Origin: Rhodobacter capsulatus SB 1003
GTDB taxonomy: Bacteria > Pseudomonadota > Alphaproteobacteria > Rhodobacterales > Rhodobacteraceae
Length of the DNA stretch: 32,000 bases
Reading direction: 5' to 3'
NCBI RefSeq assembly: GCF_000021865.1
Contig: NC_014034.1
Location: forward strand, 2,070,001 to 2,102,000
Shown here: positions 11,050 to 19,570 of the stretch, in pieces
Layout of the letters: every line of letters starts with the position of its first letter
How positions within the stretch are numbered: position 1 is the stretch's first letter
Notes under the pieces: model-generated
Told to the model about the DNA's origin: nothing
Seen by the model: only the letters and a program-made list of their open reading frames with translations
The model's database searches: none
Program-made: the position numbers and the translations under genes

Positions 11050-11922
11050 TCAGAACTGCGGATCGGGGTCGTCGTCTTCCACGTCCTCGGCCGCCTCGTC
11101 ACCGCCCGACCGCGCCAACTCCAGCCACTCGTTCGCCTCCTCCTCGCCACCGAGCAGGTAATCGAGCATCTGCTTCAGCGCGTTGTCGCCAAGCGCTTCG
11201 CCGATCGCCTCCCAGATGGCCTGTTGTTCGCGCAGGATGGGCCGTTCGGGATGCTTGCGACGGTCGAGAAGTTCACGAATGTCCCCCGCCAGTTTCCCGA
11301 TCTCGGCCTTGCGCTGGGCGTCCGTCATCTGCCCAAGCCCGGCGTCATTTGCATCATCCCGCGTCCGGCGATCTCGCGCCCAAGACCCGGTGATCTCGAT
11401 GCCTTCCTCCTGCATCACCCGGAACCGCGCCCGCATGTTGTCCACCGTTGCCCGCGCCACATCGGCCCAAGCGGCGATCTCTCGGACCTTGTAGCGGCGC
11501 GGCACAGGCTCGCGCACAAGCCGCCATGCTGCATCCATCCGCTCGGCCTGAGAAAGCCCCCTTGTGCGCTTCGCATTGGCCCGCAGCGCCGCGCCGAGGG
11601 CATCCCGGCGATCCGTCCCGACAAGGACAATGGCCGGGATCGGTTGCGACCACTTCACCGCGCGATAGGCCGCAAGGCGGTGCGCCCCGTCGAGCAGGAT
11701 CAGCTTGCCCGATGCCCCGATCTCGCCCGGCCCGGCTCGCCACAACAGCACCGGATCGAGCGGCGCACCCGTGTTTCGGATCGTGCTCGCAAGGTCCGCC
11801 TTATGGGTCGCGTCGATGCCATCCGCCCGGAATTTGAAGTCGGCGCTTTCGGCAATCTGGTCGAGGGTCACCTCCATGGTGACGGAACCCGGTTTCGCCG
11901 TGATCGGTTGCATCGACGTCAT
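11050..11922 (-). CDS. ParB N-terminal (ParB/Srx fold) domain protein with HTH and an acidic C-terminal tail
   Basis: KLILLDGAHRLAAYRAV (DGxHR motif) followed by IPAIVL. HTH-like YKVREIAAWADVARATVDNM. Tail EEEANEWLELARSGGDEAAEDVEDDDPDPQF. The ATG at 11922 overlaps the RNase HI stop (ATGA). Confidence 0.7.
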   Translation of the reverse strand: MTSMQPITAKPGSVTMEVTLDQIAESADFKFRADGIDATHKADLASTIRNTGAPLDPVLLWRAGPGEIGASGKLILLDGAHRLAAYRAVKWSQPIPAIVLVGTDRRDALGAALRANAKRTRGLSQAERMDAAWRLVREPVPRRYKVREIAAWADVARATVDNMRARFRVMQEEGIEITGSWARDRRTRDDANDAGLGQMTDAQRKAEIGKLAGDIRELLDRRKHPERPILREQQAIWEAIGEALGDNALKQMLDYLLGGEEEANEWLELARSGGDEAAEDVEDDDPDPQF

Positions 11923-12461
11923 GCCAGTTCTCCTTCCATTACTTCGATCACACGCGGTTTTCGTTGCGCCCGCCCCTTCGCGGCAAGCTGGTCGGCTTCG
12001 GCGTTCATCCGGTCGTCGGAATGGCCGCGCACCCACTCGAAAGTGACGTCGAGGCCATCGCACAGCTCAACGATCTCTCTCCAAAGCGCGACGTTTTCGG
12101 GTTCCTTGCCGTCAGCTTTGCGCCAGCCCTTGGTGATCCAGCCGGGCAACCACTCGTTCTTGCCGTCGATCAGATACTTGCTATCGCTGCGGATGAAGGC
12201 GGGCATTTTCTCGCCTTTCCGGATCAACTTGAGCGCCTCGACCGCTGCGCGCATCTCCATCTCGTTGTTGGTCGTCTGTTGCTTGCAGCCGTAGATATGT
12301 GCGCGCTTGATCTCTCGGCCATCACGGTAGCGGCACAGGATGGCCGCATAGCCGCCCCGTCCGGGGTTCGGTTGGCAGGAGCCGTCGGTGTAGACAATGA
12401 TGCAGGTCGGAAGGGGCAGCGCGGCCCCGGTCGTTTCGTTGCTCAAAGGTTCGTCCTTCAT
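11919..12461 (-). CDS. rnhA: Ribonuclease HI (island-encoded copy)
   Basis: RNase H type 1 motifs in order: VYTDGSC (Asp), TNNEMEMRAAVEAL (Glu), IRSDSKYLI (Asp), WVRGHSDDRMNAEADQLA (His, Asp). It has an ~20-aa N-terminal extension. Confidence 0.85.
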   Translation of the reverse strand: MKDEPLSNETTGAALPLPTCIIVYTDGSCQPNPGRGGYAAILCRYRDGREIKRAHIYGCKQQTTNNEMEMRAAVEALKLIRKGEKMPAFIRSDSKYLIDGKNEWLPGWITKGWRKADGKEPENVALWREIVELCDGLDVTFEWVRGHSDDRMNAEADQLAAKGRAQRKPRVIEVMEGELA

Positions 12462-13117
12462 TGCAGGTTGGAGATTGCGGTGGCGAGCCGCTGTTTCGTC
12501 TCGGTCGCGGCCTTGCGGTCGCGCGCGTCGAGGTCTGCCAGACGCAGCCCGATGGCGCCGAAAGCGGTCATCAGCTTGCGCCCAAGGAGAGCCGCCGCCT
12601 TGGGCGTCATCTCGCGGTAGATGCGGACCTGCTGGCCCGTCCGGTGATCGTAGCGCAGCCCGACATGGCGGCTCGACAAGGCCCGGACGCGCCGGGCGAT
12701 CTGGACGCGCAAGGCGTCATCGGTGCGAAACCGCCGCGGCCGGTCGCGCCACATCAGCACCATCGCCAGAACCGTCGCGATCACCGTGGCCGGTGAAACG
12801 TCCTGCGCGATGGACACGATCTCGTTGGCGGCGCTGCGCTCATAACGGTTGCCGATGCGGCGACTGGAGGCGGCCCCGGCCTCGGCGACAATGCTGGCCC
12901 AGATCTCCTCCGTCAGGGGCCAGGTCTCGTTGCTGGGGTTTCTGGCAATCCGCGCTTCGATCCGCGCAAGATAAGGCGCCAGTTCGGTTTTGGTGACGCC
13001 GCTCTGATCGGGCGCACCGTGCCGCCGAAGCGTGCTCTTGTGGCGGCGGCAATGAGGTGAAAAGTCGGATGCGGCGGGGCTGCCGCAGTTCGGAACGGTG
13101 CAGATGCGCGCGGTCAT
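12458..13117 (-). CDS. Hypothetical protein with an N-terminal Cys/His zinc-finger-like motif
   Basis: C6-X4-C11-X11-C23-X2-H26 followed by RRHG, resembling the short zinc knuckle at the N-terminus of many phage HNH-type or DNA-binding proteins. The rest is helical with no family I recognise. It has ATGA overlaps at both ends. Confidence 0.55.
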   Translation of the reverse strand: MTARICTVPNCGSPAASDFSPHCRRHKSTLRRHGAPDQSGVTKTELAPYLARIEARIARNPSNETWPLTEEIWASIVAEAGAASSRRIGNRYERSAANEIVSIAQDVSPATVIATVLAMVLMWRDRPRRFRTDDALRVQIARRVRALSSRHVGLRYDHRTGQQVRIYREMTPKAAALLGRKLMTAFGAIGLRLADLDARDRKAATETKQRLATAISNLQ

Positions 13118-13251
13118 GGCGTGACCTTGCGGCTGCCGGGTCGAGAGGTGGTGTCGTGGTTCAGGTGGTTCTCCTTGGATTTGTAGCCGCCCCCAGAGAG
13201 ACAGGGACGGTTGGTGATGCGATTGTGGCGGGTTTGGGATGTGGGTTCCAT
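13114..13251 (-). CDS. Possible 45-aa leader or small protein, MEPTSQTRHNRITNRPCLSGGGYKSKENHLNHDTTSRPGSRKVTP
   Basis: Hand-translated and below the track cutoff. A consensus AGGAGG lies 6 nt upstream of the ATG at 13251. Its stop TGA overlaps the ATG of the next gene (ATGA at 13117-13114). Confidence 0.3.
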   Translation of the reverse strand: MEPTSQTRHNRITNRPCLSGGGYKSKENHLNHDTTSRPGSRKVTP

Positions 13252-13257
13252 GATGTG

Positions 13258-13275
13258 CCTCCTGTGCTGAGGAGG
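13258..13275 (-). promoter_or_regulatory. Hairpin that would sequester the SD of the 45-aa ORF
   Basis: On the minus-strand RNA, CCUCCU-CAGCAC-AGGAGG forms a 6-bp stem with a 6-nt loop. The 3' arm is the Shine-Dalgarno sequence. Confidence 0.3.
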
Positions 13276-13731
13276 ACGCGGCACATCGGGCGCGCTCGAC
13301 GGTGGTTTCGCCCCTGCCGGGGCATCATCAGCGGGACGGCCTCAGTCCCGGACCTCGCTGAAACCGCTTTCGCGGCTTGCCCTTCACGCATTGGATTGCG
13401 ACCATCGGGCCAGAGACATCCACCTCCGTCTATTGTGCGGTGGCCCCGTGACGTGGGTCAGACGCGCCAGCCATCCGGGCCGACCTCGGCCGCCACGAAG
13501 GCGGAAAGAGCGGTGCCCGACGCGGGCAACCCGGCGGGCGATGGGGAGTTTGAAGCTGTGCCGAGGGCCGCAGCACTGCCCGGAAAACAGGCTGGCTACG
13601 GGAAGAGCCGCTGCACGATGGGCAGGGCTGGTTGAGGTTCGGTCCTTGCGGTCGGCCTGTTCCTGACGGAAGGGGCCGTGGGGGTTCACCGGGCAGAATA
13701 AGCCCGGGGATGGTGCTTATGACTCAGGATT

Positions 13732-13741
13732 CGCGATCGCG
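13732..13741. promoter_or_regulatory. Perfect 10-bp palindrome CGCGATCGCG in an AT-rich patch (candidate operator/promoter zone of the minus-strand operon)
   Basis: It lies within the only AT-rich stretch (about 13700-13810) between hsdR and the operon. On the minus strand, TTGCGC-N17-CATAAG overlaps it. Confidence 0.25.
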
Positions 13742-13913
13742 CAAGAACTATTTTCAAACGAAATCATTGCGTTGACGCACAAAGTAGAAAATCTGCTGCG
13801 AAAATACCCGATAGCTCTTTGGCATCATGGGGTTGGCCGGTGGAGCCGCTGCGCCTGTGCCCGGATTTGTGCCCGGCGTTCACATACCATGGCAGGAGCG
13901 AAAGGGGGCACGA

Positions 13914-16229
13914 TCACTGCCGATAGAGATTGCGCTGCACTTTTATGAAAGCCTCACGAATCGTCAGCACATCACCAAGAACGGCTTTCGCATCCGCAAC
14001 GGAACCGTAGCGGCTAACAAGGAAGTTGCCCAACTTGCCCACCGCCAGTTCGCCCTCGCCATGCGCCTCGTAGGCTTGCAGGATGCCTAGCAGGAACTCC
14101 TTCATCTTGGCATCTGCCTCAGCAAGCCCCTCGGTGCGGGCGGCTTCGGCTCGTTCGGAGCGGGTCTTGGGCGGCACCGTGAACCGGATATAGGCAAGCA
14201 CATCGAACAGATCGCTGTCGGGGGCGTCGATCAGGCGGCGCATGTCCGCCATCTTGTCGGCGTCATAGCCCCGCTGCTCCAGCACGGCGATGAAATGTTC
14301 CCGGCGCTCGGGGTCGCTCCACTGGCGGCGCAGATCGTCCTCGTCCACCACCAGCGCCACCAGATCGCCGAACAGCCGATCAAGGAACTCTTGCGCCGAC
14401 ATCGGCTTGCCGTCCGGTCCCCAATAGGTCGTCGAACCGATGTAGAGGATCTTGCGAGCCTTGCCGTCCGCCAGTTTGATTTCCAGTTTCACCTTCGGCT
14501 CGACCTCACCCCCGCCTTCCGGGGGCGGTGCGGGCGGGTCTGTCGGATCGGGCTTGGGCACCTTCGGTCCCGGCGGATCACTCTCGGGTGGCAGCGGTTC
14601 GCCATCCCACTCCGGGTCGTTGAAATGCTCGTGCGCCCGCACGAAATCGTAGATCGTGAAATAGTCCTTGCCGTCATAGGTCCGGGTTCCCCGTCCGATG
14701 ATCTGCTTGAACTCGATCATCGAGCGGATCGGGCGCATCAGCACGATGTTGCGCACATTCCGGGCATCGACGCCGGTCGAGAGTTTCTGCGAGGTGGTCA
14801 GGATCGTCGGCACAATCTTGTCGTTGTCCTGAAAATCCCGCAGGTGCTGCTCGCCCAACTTGCCATCATCGGCGGTGACTCGGTGGCAATAGTTCGGGCT
14901 GGTGCTCACCTTGATCTGGTTGATGTGGTCCCGCACCCGCAGCGCATGGTCCTGCGTGGCGCAAAAAACCAAGGTTTTCTGCCGCTGATCGATCTGCGCC
15001 ATGAACTCGGCAACCCGGCTGCGCTCTCGCTCGTCGATCACGATCTTGGTGTTGAAATCGGCTTCGGTGTAGCGGTCCTTGTCGATCTCGCCCGCCACGA
15101 TCTCGTCGGTGCCATCCCAGACATATTCGTCCAGCGTGCTTGCCATCTGGCGCACCTTGAACGGCGTCAGGAAGCCGTCCTCGATCCCCTCCCGCAGCGA
15201 GTAGACGAAAACCGGATCGCCGAAATAGGCATAGGTGTCGGCGTTATGCTTGCGCTTCGGCGTGGCGGTCAGCCCCAACTGCACGGCGGGGGCGAAATAC
15301 TCCAGAATGCCCCGCCAGTTGCCCTCGTCATTCGCCCCGCCCCGGTGGCATTCGTCGATGATGATGAAGTCGAAGAAATCCGGCGCATAGCCCTCATAAC
15401 TGGGCTGACCGTCGCCGGTCATGAATGTCTGAAAGATCGTGAAGAAGATCGAGGCGTTCTTCGGCACCTTGCCCCGCTTGCGGATCGTGTCGGGGTCGAT
15501 GCGGGTGATCGCATCCGCCGGAAAGGCGGAAAAAGCATTGTAAGCCTGATCCGCCAGAATGTTGCGATCCGCCAGAAACAGCACCCGGGGGCGGCGCTTC
15601 GGCTCGCCTGACAGGTTCCAGCGGGCGTGAAACAGTTTCCATGCGATCTGAAAGGCGATCGAGGTCTTGCCCGTGCCCGTTGCCAGCGTCAGCAGGATGC
15701 GCTTGTCGCCCTGTCCCACCGCCTCCAGCACGGCGTTGATGGCGTGGTGCTGGTAATAGCGCAACTGCCACTTGCCGCCCGCCACCTCGAAGGGTACCTC
15801 GCCAAAGCGGTCCCGCCACAGGCTCACCTCGCCGAAACACCGATCCCAGAGCGCATCGGGCGTGGGAAAGGGCACCACATTGCCCTCTGCCCCGCTGGAC
15901 ATGTCGGCTTCATACCAGCCCAGCCCGTTCGTGGCATAGCAAAGCCGGGCTTTCAGCCGCCCGGCGTAATCCTTTGCCTGAGCCAGCCCGGTGGTATGCG
16001 CCAGCCCCGCCCGTTTCGCTTCGATCACCGCCAGAATCTGATCCCGATAGGTCAGGACATAATCAGCGGAAAGGCTTGGAGCTTTGTTGCCGCCGGGCAG
16101 GATGCGCCCCGGGGTGATCGAAAACTCTCGCCGGATTTTCGCCCCGGGAACCGTCGTCCACCCCGACGCCACAAGGACCGGATCGATCCGGTTGGCACGG
16201 GTGTCGGCTTCGGTCTCGTTCTCAAACAT
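13914..16229 (-). CDS. hsdR: Type I restriction enzyme, R subunit (EcoEI-type C-terminal domain)
   Basis: N-terminal nuclease-type domain (ADYVL...AVIEAK). SF2 helicase motifs (LATGTGKT, IIIDECHRG, TATP, QIIGRGTR). Pro-rich linker, then a C-terminal domain like EcoEI R (EFLDRLFGDL..., DLFDVLAYI). The ATG at 16229 was chosen (MFENETEADTRANRIDP). Confidence 0.9.
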   Translation of the reverse strand: MFENETEADTRANRIDPVLVASGWTTVPGAKIRREFSITPGRILPGGNKAPSLSADYVLTYRDQILAVIEAKRAGLAHTTGLAQAKDYAGRLKARLCYATNGLGWYEADMSSGAEGNVVPFPTPDALWDRCFGEVSLWRDRFGEVPFEVAGGKWQLRYYQHHAINAVLEAVGQGDKRILLTLATGTGKTSIAFQIAWKLFHARWNLSGEPKRRPRVLFLADRNILADQAYNAFSAFPADAITRIDPDTIRKRGKVPKNASIFFTIFQTFMTGDGQPSYEGYAPDFFDFIIIDECHRGGANDEGNWRGILEYFAPAVQLGLTATPKRKHNADTYAYFGDPVFVYSLREGIEDGFLTPFKVRQMASTLDEYVWDGTDEIVAGEIDKDRYTEADFNTKIVIDERERSRVAEFMAQIDQRQKTLVFCATQDHALRVRDHINQIKVSTSPNYCHRVTADDGKLGEQHLRDFQDNDKIVPTILTTSQKLSTGVDARNVRNIVLMRPIRSMIEFKQIIGRGTRTYDGKDYFTIYDFVRAHEHFNDPEWDGEPLPPESDPPGPKVPKPDPTDPPAPPPEGGGEVEPKVKLEIKLADGKARKILYIGSTTYWGPDGKPMSAQEFLDRLFGDLVALVVDEDDLRRQWSDPERREHFIAVLEQRGYDADKMADMRRLIDAPDSDLFDVLAYIRFTVPPKTRSERAEAARTEGLAEADAKMKEFLLGILQAYEAHGEGELAVGKLGNFLVSRYGSVADAKAVLGDVLTIREAFIKVQRNLYRQ

Positions 16230-16243
16230 GGGGAGAGTGTAGG

Positions 16244-17449
16244 TCAGCCCAACTCGCCTGAAAAGGCTTTTTGCAGAAGGGATTGCCGCAGGGAGGTGAG
16301 GTCGGCAAGGGTCGTGGTGAAATGCTTCTCGAGAGAAGACACATGGTTCCGAGCCTCTCGCATCTTCGCTGTGACGGCTTCTTGTCGGGACAAGTCGTGC
16401 GGCATCCGCACCTTTAGTGCACTCCACTTGGATTTGTTTATGATGGGCAATGTTGCCTGACCAGCATTTTGAATAACTTCCCTCTGGAAAGACTTGCTCA
16501 GCATTTGCAGATAGACGAACTCTCCGCAAATACCGACACTTGGAACGAGAGCATTTATTTGCTGGTTGGTGGCAATACTTCGATCCGAGAATCCCGCTTT
16601 CCCGATGGTTGCGCCAATGCAAACCATCAAGGCACTCCCCGGAGGCAAAATCCGAGAGGACGCCGCTCCCTTTTCGCTTAGACCTTCACTTTCATAGTTC
16701 AGTCGCCCATCGGGAAGAAAGTCTCCCGGCTTTATAAAAGGAATGAAGGTGCCAGTGTTGCCGGTTTCGGAAGTTCGGGGTGTTGAGCCGGTAACGGTTT
16801 GTCCAATATCGGACAAAGAACATTCTCGCCAATCGGTAGAGTTTTTTTCCAGTTCCTCTCGCAAAGTCGCCTCGAACAACTCCCTTGCATCGGCGAGGTT
16901 GGCCTCGGCGTTGGCACGGGCACGGTCGAGCCCCTCGAAGGTTTCATCCAGAATCGCAATGATCCGTTTCTGTTCGTCCAGAGGTGGGAGGGGGATGGGG
17001 AGTTTGCCAAGATTTGTTCGGCTGATCCTCTGTCGAGTCGTGCCTGTGCAAGCATCAGCGACAGCAGTCAGATAACTCTGCGACATCGAAAAATATATGA
17101 AAAACTCGGGAAGTAAAACATCTCGATCAAAGCGAATGATAGTGCAGTCCACCGCAGTGATCATCTTTTCGCCAGTGTCGGGAATAATGCAGGAACGCCC
17201 GACCGGATCAGGGAGCCGTGAAACAAGGCAGTCTCCGGGAAACACTTCTGTGCACCTAAGGCGCTCGAATGTTGCATCATCAATATATCGAGATTTTTCA
17301 CATCTATTTTTGAAAAAGCCCGTGCCAATATTTCCCGTCTGTATGAGGCGAATGCCGGAATCAGACTGGTCTTTAGTCTCAACCCAGTTGCCATCAGTAA
17401 TCGTCAAAGCCAGCGAGTGGAGCGGCTTGACCTGCCATCCCGCCTTCAC
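16244..17449 (-). CDS. hsdS: Type I R-M specificity subunit with two target-recognition domains
   Basis: Two TRD halves separated by the conserved spacer LPPLDEQKRIIAILDE...ANLADARELFEA. C-terminal conserved helix LRQSLLQKAFSGEL. The GTG start at 17449 overlaps the hsdM stop (GTGA). Markedly AT-richer than its neighbours. Confidence 0.9.
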   Translation of the reverse strand: MKAGWQVKPLHSLALTITDGNWVETKDQSDSGIRLIQTGNIGTGFFKNRCEKSRYIDDATFERLRCTEVFPGDCLVSRLPDPVGRSCIIPDTGEKMITAVDCTIIRFDRDVLLPEFFIYFSMSQSYLTAVADACTGTTRQRISRTNLGKLPIPLPPLDEQKRIIAILDETFEGLDRARANAEANLADARELFEATLREELEKNSTDWRECSLSDIGQTVTGSTPRTSETGNTGTFIPFIKPGDFLPDGRLNYESEGLSEKGAASSRILPPGSALMVCIGATIGKAGFSDRSIATNQQINALVPSVGICGEFVYLQMLSKSFQREVIQNAGQATLPIINKSKWSALKVRMPHDLSRQEAVTAKMREARNHVSSLEKHFTTTLADLTSLRQSLLQKAFSGELG

Positions 17450-18894
17450 AGCAGCCCCCGGATGCGCTCAAGGATCTCTGCCGTCTCGGCATCCCGGGCA
17501 AGGATCGCCTCGATGATCTCTTCGGGGGCCCGCAGCGTCTCTGCCTCGGGGGCGTTCGGGTTTTTGACCGACAGATCGCAGGTGCTGGCATCCACCGCCG
17601 TGCGCTCGACGACCCACGCCTTTGCCCCGGTGGCGAAGGTGCGTTGCATCTCGACAAACTCTGCCATGTCGTCGTCGTTCAGCGCATTCGTCTTGCCCAG
17701 ACTGCGCCCGGGATCGAGTTGGTAAAACCAGATGCGCTCGGTCGGTGCGCCCTTCTCGAAGAACAGCACGACGGTTTTCACGCCAGCGCCCTGAAAGGTG
17801 CCCTGCGGGCAATCCAGCACGGTATGCAGGTTGCAGGTGTCCAGCAGTTCCCGGCGCAGCGCCACGCTGGCGTTGTCGGTGTTGCTCAGGAAGGTGTTCT
17901 TGATCACCACCGCCGCCCGACCGCCCGCCCGCAGTTTGCGGATGAAGTGTTGCAAGAACAGATAGGCGGTCTCGCCCGATTTGATCGGAAAGTTCTGCTG
18001 CACCTCCCGCCGCTCGCCGCCGCCAAAGGGCGGGTTGGCAAGGACGATGTCGTGGCGGTCCTTTTCCTGAATATCGAGCACATTCTCGTTGAGCGAGTTG
18101 GTGTGGACGATGTTGGGCGCCTCGATCCCGTGCAGCACCATGTTCATGATGCCGATGACATAGGCGAGGGACTTTTTCTCCTGCCCATAGAAGGTGCGCC
18201 GTTGCAGGGTTTCGTAGTCGCTTGCCGAAAGGTCGGGGCGGCGCAGATAGTCATACGCCTCGCACAAGAACCCGGCGGAACCCACGGCGCCATCATAGAT
18301 CGTCTCGCCGATCTGCGGATCGACGACGGCAATCATCGCCCGGATCAGCGGGCGGGGGGTGTAGTATTCGCCGCCGTTGCGCCCGGCATTGCCCATGCGG
18401 CGGATGCGGGTTTCATAAAGCGCCGAGAGTTCGTGCTTGTCGGCTTGGGTCTTGAAGGCGAGCCCGTCGACGATTTCCAGCACATCCCGCAGGATATAAC
18501 CCGAACGGAACTTGGACCGCAGTTCGGTGAAAACCTCGCCGATCTTGTATTCGATCGTGTCGGGACCGGTGGCACGGTCGTGGAACAGCGCCAGATGCGG
18601 GAACAGTTCGCCATCGACGAAGCGCACCAGATCATCGCCGGTCATGGCGGTGTCGTGGTCAAACACGCCGTTCTTCTTTGGCGCCGCCCAACGGTCCCAG
18701 CGATAGCGCCCGTCAATGATGGGGGCATAGGTCTTGCCTTCCAACTCGGCCCGATCCCGCCGCTCGCCCTCAAGGTCGTGCAGGTATTTCAGGAACAGCA
18801 CCCACGAGGTCTGCTCGACATAGTCGAGTTCGTTGGAGATACCTTCCTCGGCACGAAGGGCTTTTTCGATGGCGTTGAAGGCGTTCTCATACAT
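17446..18894 (-). CDS. hsdM: Type I R-M N6-adenine DNA methyltransferase subunit
   Basis: HsdM N-terminal domain (ELDYVEQTSWVLFLKYL), AdoMet motif I (IYDGAVGSAGFL), motif IV (LANPPFGG). The ATG at 18894 was chosen (MYENAFNAIEKAL). Confidence 0.9.
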   Translation of the reverse strand: MYENAFNAIEKALRAEEGISNELDYVEQTSWVLFLKYLHDLEGERRDRAELEGKTYAPIIDGRYRWDRWAAPKKNGVFDHDTAMTGDDLVRFVDGELFPHLALFHDRATGPDTIEYKIGEVFTELRSKFRSGYILRDVLEIVDGLAFKTQADKHELSALYETRIRRMGNAGRNGGEYYTPRPLIRAMIAVVDPQIGETIYDGAVGSAGFLCEAYDYLRRPDLSASDYETLQRRTFYGQEKKSLAYVIGIMNMVLHGIEAPNIVHTNSLNENVLDIQEKDRHDIVLANPPFGGGERREVQQNFPIKSGETAYLFLQHFIRKLRAGGRAAVVIKNTFLSNTDNASVALRRELLDTCNLHTVLDCPQGTFQGAGVKTVVLFFEKGAPTERIWFYQLDPGRSLGKTNALNDDDMAEFVEMQRTFATGAKAWVVERTAVDASTCDLSVKNPNAPEAETLRAPEEIIEAILARDAETAEILERIRGLL

Positions 18895-18962
18895 CTGCTC
18901 AGTCCTGTGCGCTTTTGGCCCTTCTTTCAGAACGAAATCGCACGGGCAAGGGCAGGAAGCCG

Positions 18963-19556
18963 TCACATCGACGCGGGCAACGTGACATCGCTGGCCCCGT
19001 TTTTCGCCTCCTCCAGGATGCGATAGACGCTGGCCCGGCCGATGCCGAGCCGCTTGGCGATCTCGGTGCCGCCGATGCCTTCCGCTTGCAGCCGCAGCAC
19101 CTCTTCGGCCTTGGCGCGGGCGGTGGGGGCGCGGCCCTTGTATTTGCCCTCGGCCTTCGCCTTGGCGATGCCTTCGCGCTGCCGCTCCAGCATGATCTCG
19201 CGCTCGAACTCGGCCACGCCGCCAAGGATCGTCAGCATCAGCTTGCCGGTGGGCGTCGCGGTGTCGATGCCCATGGACAGGATGCGCAGCGCCACGCCCT
19301 TCGCCTCAAGCTGCCCCAGAATGCCCACCAGATGCGCCACAGAGCGCGCCAGACGGTCAAGTTTGGTGACGACGAGCGTATCCCCATCCCGCGCGAAGGC
19401 CAGCGCCTCGGCCAGCTGCGCGCGGCTCACGACGTCGACCGAGGAAACCTGCTCAACAAAGATCCTCTCGCAGCCGACGGCCTCAAGATCGCGCCGCTGG
19501 GCATCGAGCCCAGCTTTCTGGTCGAGGGTCGAGGTGCGGGCATATCCGATCAGCAT
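18963..19556 (-). CDS. Small serine recombinase (resolvase/invertase family)
   Basis: MLIGYARTSTLDQ (catalytic Ser), VVTKLDRLARS, GGVAEFEREIMLERQREGI, C-terminal HTH (IAKRLGIGRASVYRIL). GGAGG lies 6 nt upstream of the ATG at 19556. Confidence 0.9.
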   Translation of the reverse strand: MLIGYARTSTLDQKAGLDAQRRDLEAVGCERIFVEQVSSVDVVSRAQLAEALAFARDGDTLVVTKLDRLARSVAHLVGILGQLEAKGVALRILSMGIDTATPTGKLMLTILGGVAEFEREIMLERQREGIAKAKAEGKYKGRAPTARAKAEEVLRLQAEGIGGTEIAKRLGIGRASVYRILEEAKNGASDVTLPASM

Positions 19557-19570
19557 GGCGGGCCTCCAAT

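Noticed and set aside
13384-13689. 101-aa minus-strand ORF in the long gap upstream of the operon
   Set aside because: It has a GTG start without a visible SD and a very basic Arg-rich composition, with no motif. GC3 is only moderately elevated. It is kept as a possibility only under the leader/ncRNA finding.
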